From NCBI RefSeq assembly GCF_009834535.1, contig NC_045696.1:76510001-76574000 (forward strand): a DNA stretch of 64,000 nucleotides, read 5' to 3'. The notes below the pieces were generated by a model, which had not been told where the DNA came from, made no database searches, and saw only the letters and a program-made list of their open reading frames with translations. The stretch's first letter is position 1; each line of letters opens with the position of its first letter. This document shows positions 38,851 to 52,669 of the stretch, in pieces. Source of the DNA: Camelus ferus. Its lineage: Eukaryota. The position numbers were made by a program, and so were the translations under genes.

Positions 38851-39334
38851 TCTCTCAGGAATGTTTTTGTGACCAGCTGATAGGCTTAAACTGGTTTGTC
38901 CTTACAACAGAATACTAGAAATTATTCTTTAAAAGGTCAACATTTAGGGGAGGGTTGGAAGAGACTTTCTTACATTGGTATCGACACTTGGAAGCCCAGG
39001 GACATATGTGAGTGCTGTCCACTTTTCCTGGAGGAACGTACTTACAGATGGTGTTTGAACCAGGAAAAAAACATAAATGAATAATTGATGAGCCAATTTG
39101 AATATGTGCATGTGGTAATCATAATGTTAGAGTTTTAGTAAGTAAACACTTTATTTTTCTTAAGTTAAAGATACGTATTTCACTCAAGAAAAATAATGAG
39201 GGCTAGATACCCCCATTTAAATTTTGTGCAGGTTCAGAAGATTTTGTCATTTGCCTTTATTTACATTTACCTGTGATATTCTGTCTTGATTAATCATGTG
39301 GTCAGCTTCTCAAAGTTGGTATATGAATCAGAAT

Positions 39335-39770
39335 TTTATTTTAGTTGTAAGATAGAAACTCAGTTCAGACTAGCTTAAGCCAAAAAGGGAGATTTATTGG
39401 TATATGGAATCCAAAACGGAGTGAATGACTCAAATGTAAGGAAGAGCCTTGAGCCAGCTGGGCTTCAGGAGACAACTAGAACCAGACCCATTTGAAAGCT
39501 ACCAGGAATCTTTGTCAACAACTTTGCCTTTTTTTTTTTTTTTTTTAATAGATTAGTTTCATTTTCCCATAGTAGATTGCCTTTCTTCATAAGGAGGAAA
39601 AATACAACTCTACGGTGCCAGTTTTTATCCTGTTTTCTCCTGCTGTAGAGTAGGGACTACCTCTTTCTCTATTTCATTTGGAAAATTCTTGAAGCACTGT
39701 TGAGTTTGGTTTGGGAAGGTGCCCACCATGGCCAGAGGCCATAGGAAAATGATGGCTGCTCCCCAGTACC
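39335..39770 (-). mobile_element. MaLR/ERVL LTR remnant
   Basis: 'ttagttgtaagatagaaactcagttcagactagcttaagccaaaaagggagatttattgg'. Confidence 0.6.
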
Positions 39771-40930
39771 TGGTGGGAGTGGGAGGAGAGCTGTGGGGGT
39801 GACTGCTGAGTAAAGACAGGAGCCTTTTCCCCTGTGCGTCACCCCCGCCTGTGTCACTCCTCACAAAACGTGTGTCCATTTATGGTTGGGGGGTGTGCTT
39901 TTAATCTGTGATAGATTGTCACAGAAAATTCTCTTTTAACCAGAATTGGCACTTTATTTGGCTTTGTGGTTCCCAACCTTTTCAGATACAGATCCATTTT
40001 TAAAAGGTCCCTCGTGATAGTAATTGTAGTTTTATGAACTCTGTTTATGGCTAATATGGGTATTCAAATGAATTTATCTTCTCAAAATGAGTCACATAGT
40101 AAAGAATTTGGTGCTGTTTTCATGTTGGTTTTGTTTTTAGCATTACTTCTGCTAATTTAAAAACTAATGGAAGCCAATATTTGAGGGCAGCTTCTAGAAA
40201 ATTCATGGGTTAATTATACATATTTAGGGGGTAAATTAATCTCTGAGAAAGATAACTATTTTCATCCTAACCAGATAACTTTAGTATGTAACAACATTAA
40301 CAAGTTACATATTCTGGACAGTTATTACTTTGAGCAATATATTTCATTAGTTAACTAAAATAAAATGGTTAGTTAGCCATGTAGAAAAAGCCTTTTATGA
40401 CCAAGAGATAGTAATCTTTCTGAACTTCAGTTGCTTCATCTTTAAAACATTAAACTAGGTCTCTGTGGTCTTTTCTTGGTTTAACGCTCTTTGACCCTGT
40501 GATTGCACATGTAATTTAAAATTTAAGTCCCTGTTCAGCCAAATTAAATCGAAAATGTACAGTACTTACCTCTTCAGGTAAATCATTATGTGAATTATTT
40601 TTTCCTTAAGAAAATATTTGCATTTCTCTGACACCTTCTCAATTTTGAGCAAGTTAGTCATAGAGAAAAATATTTTTTGATATATGAAGAAGGAACTTTT
40701 ATTGTTTAATCCATTAATCTTTGAGTTCAGGTGCATTTGTTACATCCCATTTCATTGTAGAGAAAACTACAAGAACTACCACCAGACACATTTTTGAGAA
40801 TGTTTTTTCTTTAATGCCCTTAATTATATGACTGCTAACTGTCAAAGCCAATAATTTTTTTAGCAGTTCAGGTTTTATTTTGCTCTGTGTACTACATGTT
40901 TTAGGAATTGTACTAAGAGTATATCTCTTA

Positions 40931-41098
40931 GTTACCATATGATCTGGCAATCCCACTGTGGAGCGTATATCTGGAGAAAACTCTAATTTGAAAAGATACA
41001 TGCACCCTAGTCTTCATAGCAGCACTATTTATTAATAGCCAAGACATGGAAGCAGCCTAAATGCCCATCAACATATGATTGGATAAAGAATTTGTGTG

Positions 41099-41165
<67 letters not shown>

Positions 41166-41604
41166 TGGAATACTACTCTGCCATAAAAAAGAATGAAATA
41201 ATGCCATTTGCAGCAACATGGATGGACCTAGAAATTACCATATTCAGTGAAGTCAGACAGAAAAAGATAAAATATATGGTATCACTTATATGTGGAATCC
41301 TAAAAAAATGGTACAAATGAGCTTATTTACAAAACAGGAACAGACTCACTGACAAAGAAAACAAATGTATGGTTACAGGGAGGGAGAGGGGAGGGCGGGA
41401 TAAATTGGGAGTTTGGAATTTGCAGTTACAAACTACTATATACAAAATAGATAAACAGCAAGGTCCTACTGTATAACACAGGGAACTATATTCAATAGTT
41501 TGTAATAACCTATAAGGAAAAAATATGAAGAAGAATATATGTATAAATCACTATGCTGTATACCAGAAACTAACACGATGTTGTAAATCCAACTATACTT
41601 CAAT
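40931..41604 (+). mobile_element. 5'-truncated artiodactyl L1 (sense to gene) with internal (AGAC)n(AC)n at ~41100-41163
   Basis: End of ORF2 plus 3'UTR ('gcagcactattt', 'gcagcaacatggatggaccta', 'cacagggaactatattcaata'); perfect TSD agtatatctctta at 40918-40930 and 41608-41620. Confidence 0.93.
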
Positions 41605-42634
41605 AAAAGTATATCTCTTAAAGTTAGTGTTCACACCAAATATTGTTCATAGTCATAAGGTTTTAAATACTAAAATAAATTTCAAGTGTTGCCCATATTA
41701 ACTACTAATTGAGAGTCTGTGTATGTTAAAACAAGTTACAATAAAAATAGACGTATGAGTGGTATAACAGAGGGAGAGGATATATGTTAGGCCACAGAGA
41801 TGCTGAGTCAGGTGGTCTTTTCTGGCACACCGTTTGGTTTATGTGTAGCATATGGGATGTAAGTTGAGAGTGATGAGAATGGACAGGATAGGTAAGCAGG
41901 GATCATATCATGAAATGACTTCTTTGCTGTGGCAAGGATTTTGGACATTTGTCTGTGACAGGGAACTAGTCAAAGACTTTAAGCAGAAGATCAGGATTAT
42001 ATTTTGGCCCTGGATGTAGTACATGAAGGATAACATGATGGTCTCCGAGGGAAAGGGACTTAGCTCTGGACCTGAGTGACAGAGTGGGAAGGGTAATAGG
42101 TGAGAGTGATACATAACTCTAAGAGTATTGCAAACCGTCCACATTTCTGAATTCTGAGGGAAAAAAGCAGTTGGAAATTCAGGAGAAAATGGAGTAGCCA
42201 GGTTTTCTTTTCTCTGACTTGCTGCCGCTCCTCTTTTTGTGGGGAACCGGGGGTATGAAGACTGGGGTTTTATGGGGGTGGGGAATTAATTTGATATTCA
42301 AATGGCTAATGGACAAAATCGGGGCAACACAAGGAGGGGGGAAACGGCCCTTGTCATCGTGATATCCTAACCAAGGGGTAACTGAATTAGGTACTTACTT
42401 GTGAATAGTCACAAGAAAAATAGATTGGTATAGTAAAATTAGTTCATGAAGATTCTAGTGGGTATAATTTTTATTGAGTTTTAGGTTAGACACATTTTCA
42501 TGTACTTTCAAAGCTTTTAAAAAGATTTTATGTTAGTATAAAAATCATTAGAATCTGATAACTAGGAAGTTAATCTGAATTAAGTAGTTTATAACATTAT
42601 GTAATTAAAATTACACAAATGTTGCTTTTAAAAA

Positions 42635-44060
42635 TATTTTTTATTTTGAAATAATTTTAGACTTACAGAAGCAGAGTATAGAGATAGTCCAGAATTCCCA
42701 TGTACTCCTTTGCCTTGCTTTCCCCACAGTATTAAAAATCTTATGTAACTGTGGTACACTTAGCACACCTAAGAAACTAACATTGATACAATATTAAACT
42801 ATACAGAACTGCAGACTTTATTTGGATATCCCCAATTTTCCCCATGAATGTCTTTTTTCTATTCCACTATCCAATGCAGGATCCCACAATGCATTTAGTT
42901 GTTTCTTTAGTCTCCCCTCGTCTGTGATAGTTCCTCAGTCTTGTATTTTTTATGACCTTTGAAGAGTACTGGTTTGATATTTTTGATGTTTGGATTGAGG
43001 TTATGGATACTTGGGGAAGAGAAGACCACAGAGGTGATGTGCTTATCTTGTATCAGGGGGACGTATCAGTATTTACATACAGTAAGACTGTCAGTTATTA
43101 CTGGTAATGATTAACTTTGATCACTTGGTTAGGAGAGTTAACCTTTTATCTAGAATTGTTTAGATTGGTACTGTCCAGTCACATATAATGTGCACTACAC
43201 ATGTAATTTAAAATTTTCTAGTAGCCACATTGTAACAAGTGATAAGAAACACATGAAATTAATTTTTAACAATGTTTTATTAACTACTATAACCACAATA
43301 TTATCATTTCATCAGGTTTCTTCATTATGAAATTACTGTTTTTCTGCTTTCCATACTGTTCATTAGAAGTGAATCACTTAAATTCAGCCCTCATTCAAAG
43401 CACTGAAGACATTAAGTTCCACTTTCTAAAGGGAAAAGTATCAAAGAATTTATGGATATGTGTTAGTTGCTATAGTAGTCAAGAAAAATTTTAGGGAGGT
43501 ACTCAGAGGATGTGTAGCTAGCCTTTTTTTTCTTTAAAGTTTTGCCCAAGTAATAATAAACAAACAAACAAACCTAAATACCCCACACCCTAAAAAAATC
43601 ATTTTTTTAAAAAGTGTGTCCAATAGTTTTAGCATTCATCAGTGGGATATTATTTGCAGTAGTGATTACTGTGTTCTAATGGTGATTTTCTAGTTCCCTT
43701 TTGCCTTCTACATGTATTAATTGGATTTTTTTCTATACAGATTTGCTCCTTTTCCCTCATTTATTTTTTTTTAGTCACTTAGGTCAATGGATCCATGGAT
43801 TTTTATTTTGTTCTTTGGGTTGTAAGTTAATATTATCACACCTGACTTTGTTGCTGAAATTGTTCTAGCTTTGGCCACTGGGAACTCGTGCAGGCTGACT
43901 CTTGTGCTCTTTCAACGTGACCCACTCTTTGTTTTTGTGATCAGTTTTTTCTTCCTGACACACAGGGGGCTCCATACTCATCTTGTATTTTACGTGTCCT
44001 AGCCCTAGAATCAATCATTTCTCCAGGAAACCCTGGTTTCCTTTTATTGGAATGACAACA
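42635..44060 (-). mobile_element. Old L1M 3'UTR (L1MC/MD-like) with a MER3/MER33-like DNA element at ~43165-43310
   Basis: 'ttattttgaaataattttagacttacagaa', 'ctagccctagaatcaatcatttctccaggaaaccctgg'; insert 'catgtaatttaaaattttctagtagccacatt'. Confidence 0.75.
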
Positions 44061-44834
44061 AAATTTTATTCTAATTCAGGAAGTAATGTTTTCATATGGA
44101 TTTTACAGAGTGTTAGTATTGGCTTGTGATTCTACAACAGATTTTTTTTTTTTTATGGCTTCTGAACAGTGTTTATTCACTCAGCAAACTTTTAAGAATT
44201 ATTTTTGTGCCAGCATTCTTAGACGTGAGGGATCTAAGGACAAGTAAGATATGGCTATTGATCCCAAGAAGTCTAGATGTAGTAGGAAAGAAGGTCTTTT
44301 TTATTCCTCAAACATATTTTGAGTGCCTGTTATTTGCCAGGTACTGTGCTACGAGTCAACAGGAAATAATAAGAACTTGAGAAGGATAGCATAGGTTGCT
44401 TTTCAGAGCATGTGGAAGGGGTACTTAACCCAGTATTGGGCCAGGCTGAATTGTGGAACAAGTCTTGAAAATGTCTAGATCTTAGTTAAATGTGGGATTA
44501 AGTGGGTGGGTAGAGGGAGGGAAGCTATTCCAGTCAGAGGAATAGTGGTGCCAAGACCACTAGGTATAATGATGTGTGAGGGAGGTCTAGAGATAAGCCT
44601 CCCTGTGTAAGATAGTGGTGTTGGGGGAGATAGGACGAAGTGGTGGCAGGATCCAGATGCTGAAGGTCCTGTGGGTGAGCCGAGGCTTTGGAAAGTTGAG
44701 GGGCCATTTCAAGGAGTTTGAGTTGGAGGGTATGTGATCAGATCATCCTGCTGGCACCTTGGAAGGTATGTTGGCTTTCTGGAGTCTCTTGCCATGGTGG
44801 AGGTGTGAAGTGAATGTCTTAATTAAGAACTGTG

Positions 44835-44945
44835 TCAGTGGTTCACCTGGAGAACTTGTTAAAACATGTTTTAACGTCTTGCAGTCCCACTCCCAGAATT
44901 TCTGATTCAGTAGGTCTGGGATGGGATTGAGAATTTGCATTTCCT
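44835..44945. mobile_element. MER5A fragment
   Basis: 'tcacctggagaacttgttaaaa...cccagaatttctgattcagtaggtctgggatggg...gagaatttgcatt'. Confidence 0.85.
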
Positions 44946-47789
44946 TGGACAGAGTAGTATTGAATATTTTCTGTTTAATTGTATTAACTTAAAATTAGAC
45001 TATTGATAGTTTTTAAGGATTAATAATAAAACAACTTTAATCCAGACTGAGATACTCTGGGGGAGGGGATCTATGATCATCATATATTTTACACATTTAT
45101 ACATGTATATCTTTGTATAATAAGTGATGTGTAGAAAGTGAAGCTAGCTTTAGGAATCTTGACAACATTTCTTATTCTCCAGCTCTTGCACCTTTTCCCC
45201 TTAACTGTCTGAGATGTAGGGTTTAAAAGAGTGGCCAACTATTGTTTCCAGTTCCCACGTTGCTGACTTGCATTCTGTAAATGTTGATGCAGCTTGCATA
45301 ATTACAAGCAAGGACAGCTATGACGTGATGCTAGCTGGCCAACACTAATTGTAAGGAAACCCTGATTTTAGACTGTGTGTCTTACAGTCAATAAATACAG
45401 CACGAAGTCTAAGAAATGTGTTTTTTCTAGATTGATCTGTTTGAATTATGTCCCTAAGTTAAAGAAATCAGAGAATGTCCTGTTTAGTAACTAATTCTTT
45501 TGTGTGTGTATACATGTATATGTAAAATTTAGTTCAGAGGAGGCAAAAAACAAAACAAAAACATCGCAAACCCTACTGTCTATGTTGCTGAGCTATTTAC
45601 TGTCTTCTCAGTGTTCCCAGCCATGACCAGTGCTGCTTGGGAATCAGTCTGGTGCTGATGGTCATTTTACAATGATTATCTTTTATGTAGGATTGTACAC
45701 ATTTAGTGCGAGTTCAAAGTCTTTGACTTGCATTTTATTAATTGAAAATGGAATTAATCTGATGGGTTCATAAGGTACATAAAAATGTGAGGTAGGTGCA
45801 GGAAATAATCTGTTTGCCTTCTGCTTGTAGAAATCTGCTTTCTTTAATTAGAGTTTTGTGGAAAAGAAGACTTCAAGGGCACATAGACTAGCTAAAATAA
45901 CCACTTGGAAATTGAGAAAGGCAAGAACTGGTTTGGGTTATTTGAGATAGTAAGTAGGCAGAACTATCAGAAAAACAGCAAAGCACAACAAATGAAAATT
46001 AGGGTGTTAAACATTTATCAAATTTAAAAAACCAATGTGTTTGTGTATATTTATTTAGGTATATAAATTGTTTAACTGGCTTTTGATTGTTGAGTACTTT
46101 ATTATACATTTATATATTTTTTAAGCTTCTACAGGGTTATAGACTTTAGGCTTGTTTTATGATTTAGGACTCTTTGAGTTTAAAATTACAAAACCCAATA
46201 GCTGAGAGTTTGATGAAAAATAATTTATTGGAAAAGTATCTCATGAAATTTGGTGTGGAGATATATCCCGGAATTGGGAACAGAGTAGGAGCTGAGGACT
46301 CAGTGGAGACTGTTCTGGACATTATGTGATTCTTCTTTCTTCCTGCAAACTCTAGATACTTCTACTTATTCCACAAATCAGCAAAAGAAACCTTCTAGCA
46401 GCTCTTTAATTTATATAATTTTGTCTAAGCTCCTAGAGAAAAGCATTCCAACTTTTGTTTCTTCCAGCTTTTTTTTTCTTTCTTAGATTAATGTTTTTAG
46501 GAACACGTGCAAACGTGACTCTCTAGCCATGCTCTTAACCAGTAGTTAATGTTACTAAGTTAAATTAGATCTAAACTATGAGGTTAGATACATGGGGGTA
46601 TTAATGACCTTGATCCATTGATCACACATAATTTTAAACAGATAAACATGCTAAATTTTATTGAAACAAAGTGTTGAGTCCTTATGCAGACGTGTAACTA
46701 GTGTCTGTGAAACTCAGCAGCATAGCCTCCTGGGTTTGCGGCCAGCGTAGCTTGTCTTATAAACATGAATGGTCGTCATCATCAGCTTTTGCCAAGCCCC
46801 ATGCTCCAAGTGGCTACAGTATGTTGTTTGCTAGGAGAGGCCTTTCTTGGAGTCGTAGGGGCTAATACTTTTCTTAACATTTACTACTGATTATAATTAT
46901 ACAATTATGTGGGTGATTCCCCCCCCCCCTTTCCAATAGATCAGCAAGGGCTGACATACCTTTAGTGCTTGGAAAGGGGTGTTGATAAATGCTTATTTTA
47001 AGAAAGAAGAGAGTCTGAATATAAACTCATGCTACTAAAAATGATGAGAATTTTATGTCTTTGTGTTTTCAAGTAGTTATCTTGATCAGACTTGTCATTT
47101 ATATGTGTGTAAATTATATATATTGACTTTTATGTATAGTTTTTCTTTTTAATAAATCATGCAGTTCTCATAACTATTGAATGAATGTGCTCTATTTTAA
47201 AATAGAGGGTCCTTATTTTCATAAAGTGATGCTCTAAATCATGCCATAAGTGGTAATTTATGTACCATTTTTGAGGGAATCTTTTTAACATTAGAGAATT
47301 GATATAATTTCAAGAAGCTTGTTCATTCAGTTTTAGAAGTGAGCTATTTACTTTCCTCAGCAGCAGGAATCAGGCCCAACATTTTAAACCCACGATGGAA
47401 ACTGATTTCTCCTTTTTTTTCCATTGAGAAAATTCAACTGGTGCCACACAAGTAAAAAAAATAACCTGTCACTATAGGAATTAAAAAAAAAAATTCTTCC
47501 AGTTCTTTTTACATTTTACAGCAGGAGGTCTAACATTCTAATAGAATATTGCTACATTGAGACTTTTCTGAATGCTAATGATTTGAGAGACCACATCTTA
47601 TTTTTTTATTGCTTTAGTTTTGGAGGTAAGGAGAGATGTACTTTTGGTGGCCTCACTAAATGTAGCCATAGGATGAATATTTCTGTTTCTTGATTTATAT
47701 TGAGTGTATATAGAAGAATGATACTGGCTTAGTATTACTGCGGGAAAGTTAGGTTAATTTTCTGGGTTTAATAACCTTAAGGTTGTTAG

Positions 47790-48225
47790 TAGTTGTCCAG
47801 TGGTGATTTCCTAATCACAGCCACACCTTACATAGCAAAGGGGTTTTTGTAGATGTGATTAAGTTAAGGGACTTGAGATGGGGAGAGTATCCTGGGTTTT
47901 ACAGATTATAATTACTTGAATACTTAAAAACTGTAGTCTGAGAGATGACTGGTGAAGAATGGGAGATACAGTTTAGCAAAGTAGACTCTGAAAATGGAAG
48001 AAGGGGCCTTAAGCCAAGGAATGTGGGCTGCCTCTAGAAGTTGGAAAGGTCAAAGAAATGGCTCTCCCTGTAGAAGCCTCCATACAAGAATGTGGCCTTG
48101 CTTTTATGACTTAATTTGAGCCCTTGAGACCTGTGTCAGACTAACCTACAAAACTGTAAGATAATACATTTGGTTGTTTAAAGCTACTAAATTTGTGGTA
48201 ATTTGTTACAGCAGCAATAGAAAGT
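47790..48225 (+). mobile_element. MLT1 (C/D-like) solo LTR
   Basis: 'gatgtgattaagttaagggacttgagatgggg', 'gccaaggaatg...cctctagaag', 'taaatttgtggtaatttgttacagcagcaatagaaa'. Confidence 0.88.
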
Positions 48226-48269
48226 ATTGTTTTCTTTTTGTGCCTGGCTCCTCTCCCCCTCCCCCCAGT

Positions 48270-50915
48270 TTTAAGATTCATCATGCTGTTGTCTGTATCA
48301 GTAATTAGTTCCTTTCTTAGTACCATTCCATTGTATGGATATACTGCCATTTTTTAACCGTTCACCTGTTGATGAATGTTTATGTTGTTTCCAGTTTTGA
48401 ACAATTAGAAATAAAGCTGTTGGCTAATGAATATTTGTGTAGAGGTCTTTCTGTGGACATATTTTCACTTCTTTTTACCTAGGAATGGGATTGCTAGGTC
48501 ACTTGGTAAGTGTTGTTTAATATTATTAAAAAACAAAACAAAACAAACCACAAACCTGCCAAACTGTTTCCCAAGTAGTTGTACCAGTTCACATTCCTGC
48601 CAAGTTTCTCCACCTTGGAAGTTCTAACCTGTTTAATCTTAGCCGTTCTAGTGGATGTTTTGTAGTTATCTCCTTGTATTTTAACTTCCATTTCATTGAT
48701 GACATTCTTAAATCTTTTGTGAACTGTTTAAATATTTTGCTCATTATTTGAGTTGTGTATCTTCATATAATTGTTGTAGTTTTCTTTATAGTATTCTGGA
48801 TGCAAGTCTTTGTCAGAATTACATAGCATATTTTTTCTAGTATATGGCTTGCTTTTTCATTCCTTTCATGTCTTTTTTTTTTTTTTTGAGTCAAAGTTTT
48901 AAATTTTGATCACATGGATTATACATTTTTTGTTACATGATTTATGTTCTTTGTGTCCCAAGAAGATTTATACTATGTTGTTTGTTATAAGTTGTAGCAT
49001 TTTAGCTTTTACATTTAGGTCTGAAATCAAACATTAAATTACTTTGATTTAATTTTTGTGTATATGCTATGAGGTAAGTTCCCCCTCTCCCTCCACCATG
49101 TGAATATCCAGTTGTTTCAGTACCATCTGTTGGAAGACACTATCCTTTGTCAAAAACCAGCTTTTTGGGGGTGGAAAGAGTGGTAGATTTCTTGCAGTTT
49201 TCTTTGTGTATGATCATAGTATCTGTAAATAAAGACAACTCATTCTTTCTGATTTGTATGCCTTTAATTTCTTGCTTTATTTCAACTGCATAGGGTCTGC
49301 AGTACAGTGTTTTGTAGGAGTTGGTGATACAGGACATTCTTGCCTTGTTCTCAATTTTAAGGGCACAGAATTTTGTCTTTCACTGGTGAGTATGATGTTA
49401 GCTACAGGTTTTTCTAAAGACTCTATCATTTTTTTAACATTTTTTATTGATTTATAATCATTTTACAATGTTGTGTCAAATTCCAGTGTTCAGCACAATT
49501 TTTCAGTCATTCATGGACATATACACACTCATTGTCACATTTTTTTCTCTGTGAGTTATCATAACATTTTGTGTATATTTCCTTGTGCTATACAGTGTAA
49601 TCTTGTTTATCTATTCTACAATTTTGAAATCCCAGTCTATCCCTTCCCACCCTCCACCCCCCATAGAGACTCTATCATGTTGATGATACTTTCTTCTATT
49701 TACAGTTTGCTGAGAACTTTCATTGTGAGTGGGTATTGGATTTTGTCAGAGGTTTTTGCTGCACCTACTGAGATGATCGTATATGTGTTTTCTCCTTTTA
49801 TTTAACACTTTCAAGTGTTAAGCCATCCTTGCTTGCAACCAGTCATAATATACTATCCTTTCTATATGTTGTTGATTTAATTTCCTGATAGTTTATAAGA
49901 ATTTTTTCATCTGTGTTCATGAGGGACATTGATTTATAGTTTTTGTTTGGTGTTGGGGTAAAGCTAATTTCAGAAAAAAAATTGAAAAATGTTTGTCCTC
50001 TCTGTTTTTCCAAGGAGTTTGTGTAGGTTTGGTATTTTCTCTAAATGTTTGATACAACTCACCAGAAAGTCATCTGGGTCTTGATTCTTTGTGGCATGGT
50101 TTTAAAATAACATATTAAATTTCTTTTATAGACATGGGGTGCTGTAGATTTTCTGTCTCCATTTTGGTAATTAGTGTCTTTCAAAATAATTTTTTTCTTT
50201 GAATTGCAGAATTTATTATCTTAATATTTTTGTTATTCTTTTATTGAGTGTGAAATTTGTGGTTAAATTACCTTTTTCGTATCTTATGATTAGAAGTATG
50301 TCTATTTTTTGATGAGTTTAGAGTTTATACATTTCATTGATTTATTCAAAGACAGACATTTATTTCATTGCTTTTTCTCTGTTGTGTGTCCATTTTCTAT
50401 TGCATTGATTCCCACTCTTTTTTCTATTTACCAAATTTAATTTGCTCTTTTTCTAGCTTCTTATTAAGCTTATACCAGTGGCGTCTAATCTCAGTTCTTT
50501 TGAATAATAGAAAGCAGTTTAGAGCTACAAATTCCCCTTTAAGTCTTGCTTTATGGCTGCACTCCATAAATTTTGATAAGCTCTTTTCATTTTCATTTAA
50601 TTCAAAATGATTTCTAATTTTCTTTGTTTTCTTCTTTCACCCTTGGCTTATTTTGTAGGGTGTGTGTTTGATTTTCAAATATTTGAGGACTTTGTACATG
50701 TCTCGCCCTTTGATCAGAGAAAATACTCTGATTTAAATATTTTATATCTATTTTATAGCTCGTGCGTGAGGTGTTTCCTTTAAATGTCAGTTTGAGTCAG
50801 GTTGGTGAGGTGTTCAGATATTATGTATTCTTAGGATTCTTATCATTTACAGAGAGAAGAGTTTTAATCTCCAACTCAAGTGTGATCTATTTTTCCTTTA
50901 ACTTCTGTTAGCTTT

Positions 50916-50956
<41 letters not shown>

Positions 50957-52200
50957 TTCCAAGTTATGTTGTTTGGTGCACATGTTTAAGATTTTTATGT
51001 CTTTTTTGATGGATTAACCACTTGCTCATTATGAAATGCTTTTCTTAGTCCTTATAAAAGTACCATGTTTGATACTAATGCAACAACCTTGGTTTCCTTA
51101 TGTCTAATTTTTGCATGGTATATGTTTTCTGTTCTTTTACTTTTGATCTGTATTTTTACAGTTAAAACTGGGTTTCTTTTAGACAGCATATAGTTAGGTC
51201 TTCAAAAAAAAATTGGGCTGACAATTTGTCTTTGAATTGGATTTAGATTATTTACATTTAATGTAATGATGTGGTTGAACTTTTAAGAATACTACTTTGA
51301 AATTGTTTCTTTTCTTTTTAAATTTGCCTTCTTGGTTGATTTAGTAAATTTTAGCGTCCCATTTTTATTTCCATATTGATTTTTGACTGTATCTCTTTGT
51401 ATACTCTTTAAGTTGTTACCCTACAGTTGACTTTTTTCATACTTTCCAGTCTGTGTTCAAGTAAAATTATAATACTTTGTGTATAAATTTACTATAGTCT
51501 GTCCGATTTTATACCATTTTTGCTCTACATTTTATTTCCATAGTTGTTACAAACTCAGATATATTATTGTTTTTGCTTTAAACAGTTACCTTTTAGAGGA
51601 ATTTTAAAATGAAGAGAATTTTTTTATATTAGTACATGTTTACCAATTATGGAATTCATTCTTTTGAGTATATCTGAGTTTTTACTTCTGTTTTCTTTCT
51701 ACTAAAGAACTTTCTTCAGTGTTTCTGTTAGTCAGGTCAGTTGGTGGGTAATTCTGTTAACTTCTGTTTGTCTGATAAAATGTTTATTTTACCTTCAGTT
51801 TTGAAGGATATTTCACTGGATATAGAATTATGTGTTGTCACCTTTTTACTTAAATATTTTAAAGACTTCTTTCCATTATTTCTTCCTTGCATTATTTCTG
51901 ATTTCTGATGGGCAGGCTACAGGGTTTTGTTCCTTCATATTTAATTTATTGGGTTTTTCCTGGCTGCTGTTACGATTTTTTTCAGCAGTTTGATTATAAT
52001 GTGTGTAATTTTCTGTTTATAATTGTTGCAGTTTTCTGTTTATTTTGCTTGGATTTTGTAGAGCTTCTTAGATTTGTAGGTTTATACTTTAATAGAATTC
52101 AAACAAATTAAGATTACTTTCTTTCCAACCTTCTGCAGCTTCCATTATACTAATGTTGGCCTGTTTGTTATTGACACACAGTTGACTGTGACTTCTTCTT
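48270..52200 (-). mobile_element. Long decayed L1M (ORF2 and 3'UTR) fragment
   Basis: T-rich antisense L1 motifs 'gaatatccagttgtttcagtaccat', 'ggacattcttgccttgttctc', 'tagacagcatatagtt'; (AC)n at ~50918-50953. Confidence 0.8.
49430..49663 (-). mobile_element. Young camelid-type L1 3' end nested in old L1M
   Basis: 'aacattttttattgatttataatcattttacaatgttgtgtcaaattcc'; perfect TSD agactctatcat at 49418-49429 and 49667-49678. Confidence 0.92.
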
Positions 52201-52669
52201 TCTTTAATTTATGTACTTTTTTAAAAAATTCTTTTAGAAATCAGTTTAAATCTTACAGAATAGTTGTGGCTTCTGATACAGTATGTGTATCACTGTTTTC
52301 TCCTCAAGTTTTAAAATAGTTTGTGTTGCCCCTGTGAGTTCACTCTGGTACCCTCGGGTGCCTCGTGGTCTGTTTGGAAACTATGGGCCTGTAGCCATAT
52401 TCAGAAATTTTATGAAGGTCCTGAGATAGACCACTTAGGTGTATTAAGGCCTGTTGGACGAGAATGTTAAATGCATAATGTTAAACTATTAACAGTGCTG
52501 TTCACGTGTATCAGTGTCCTTTTCATGAGGACTTAGGATAGAAATGTCTTTGTGGTGTCATTGACAGGACAGTCTTTTTCTTACTATGGCTGTGCCTTTG
52601 CATCTTAGCAGATTTAGGGTTTGTCTGTCTGTCTATCTGTCTTCCTTTTTTATTTGCTGCTAAAAGCCT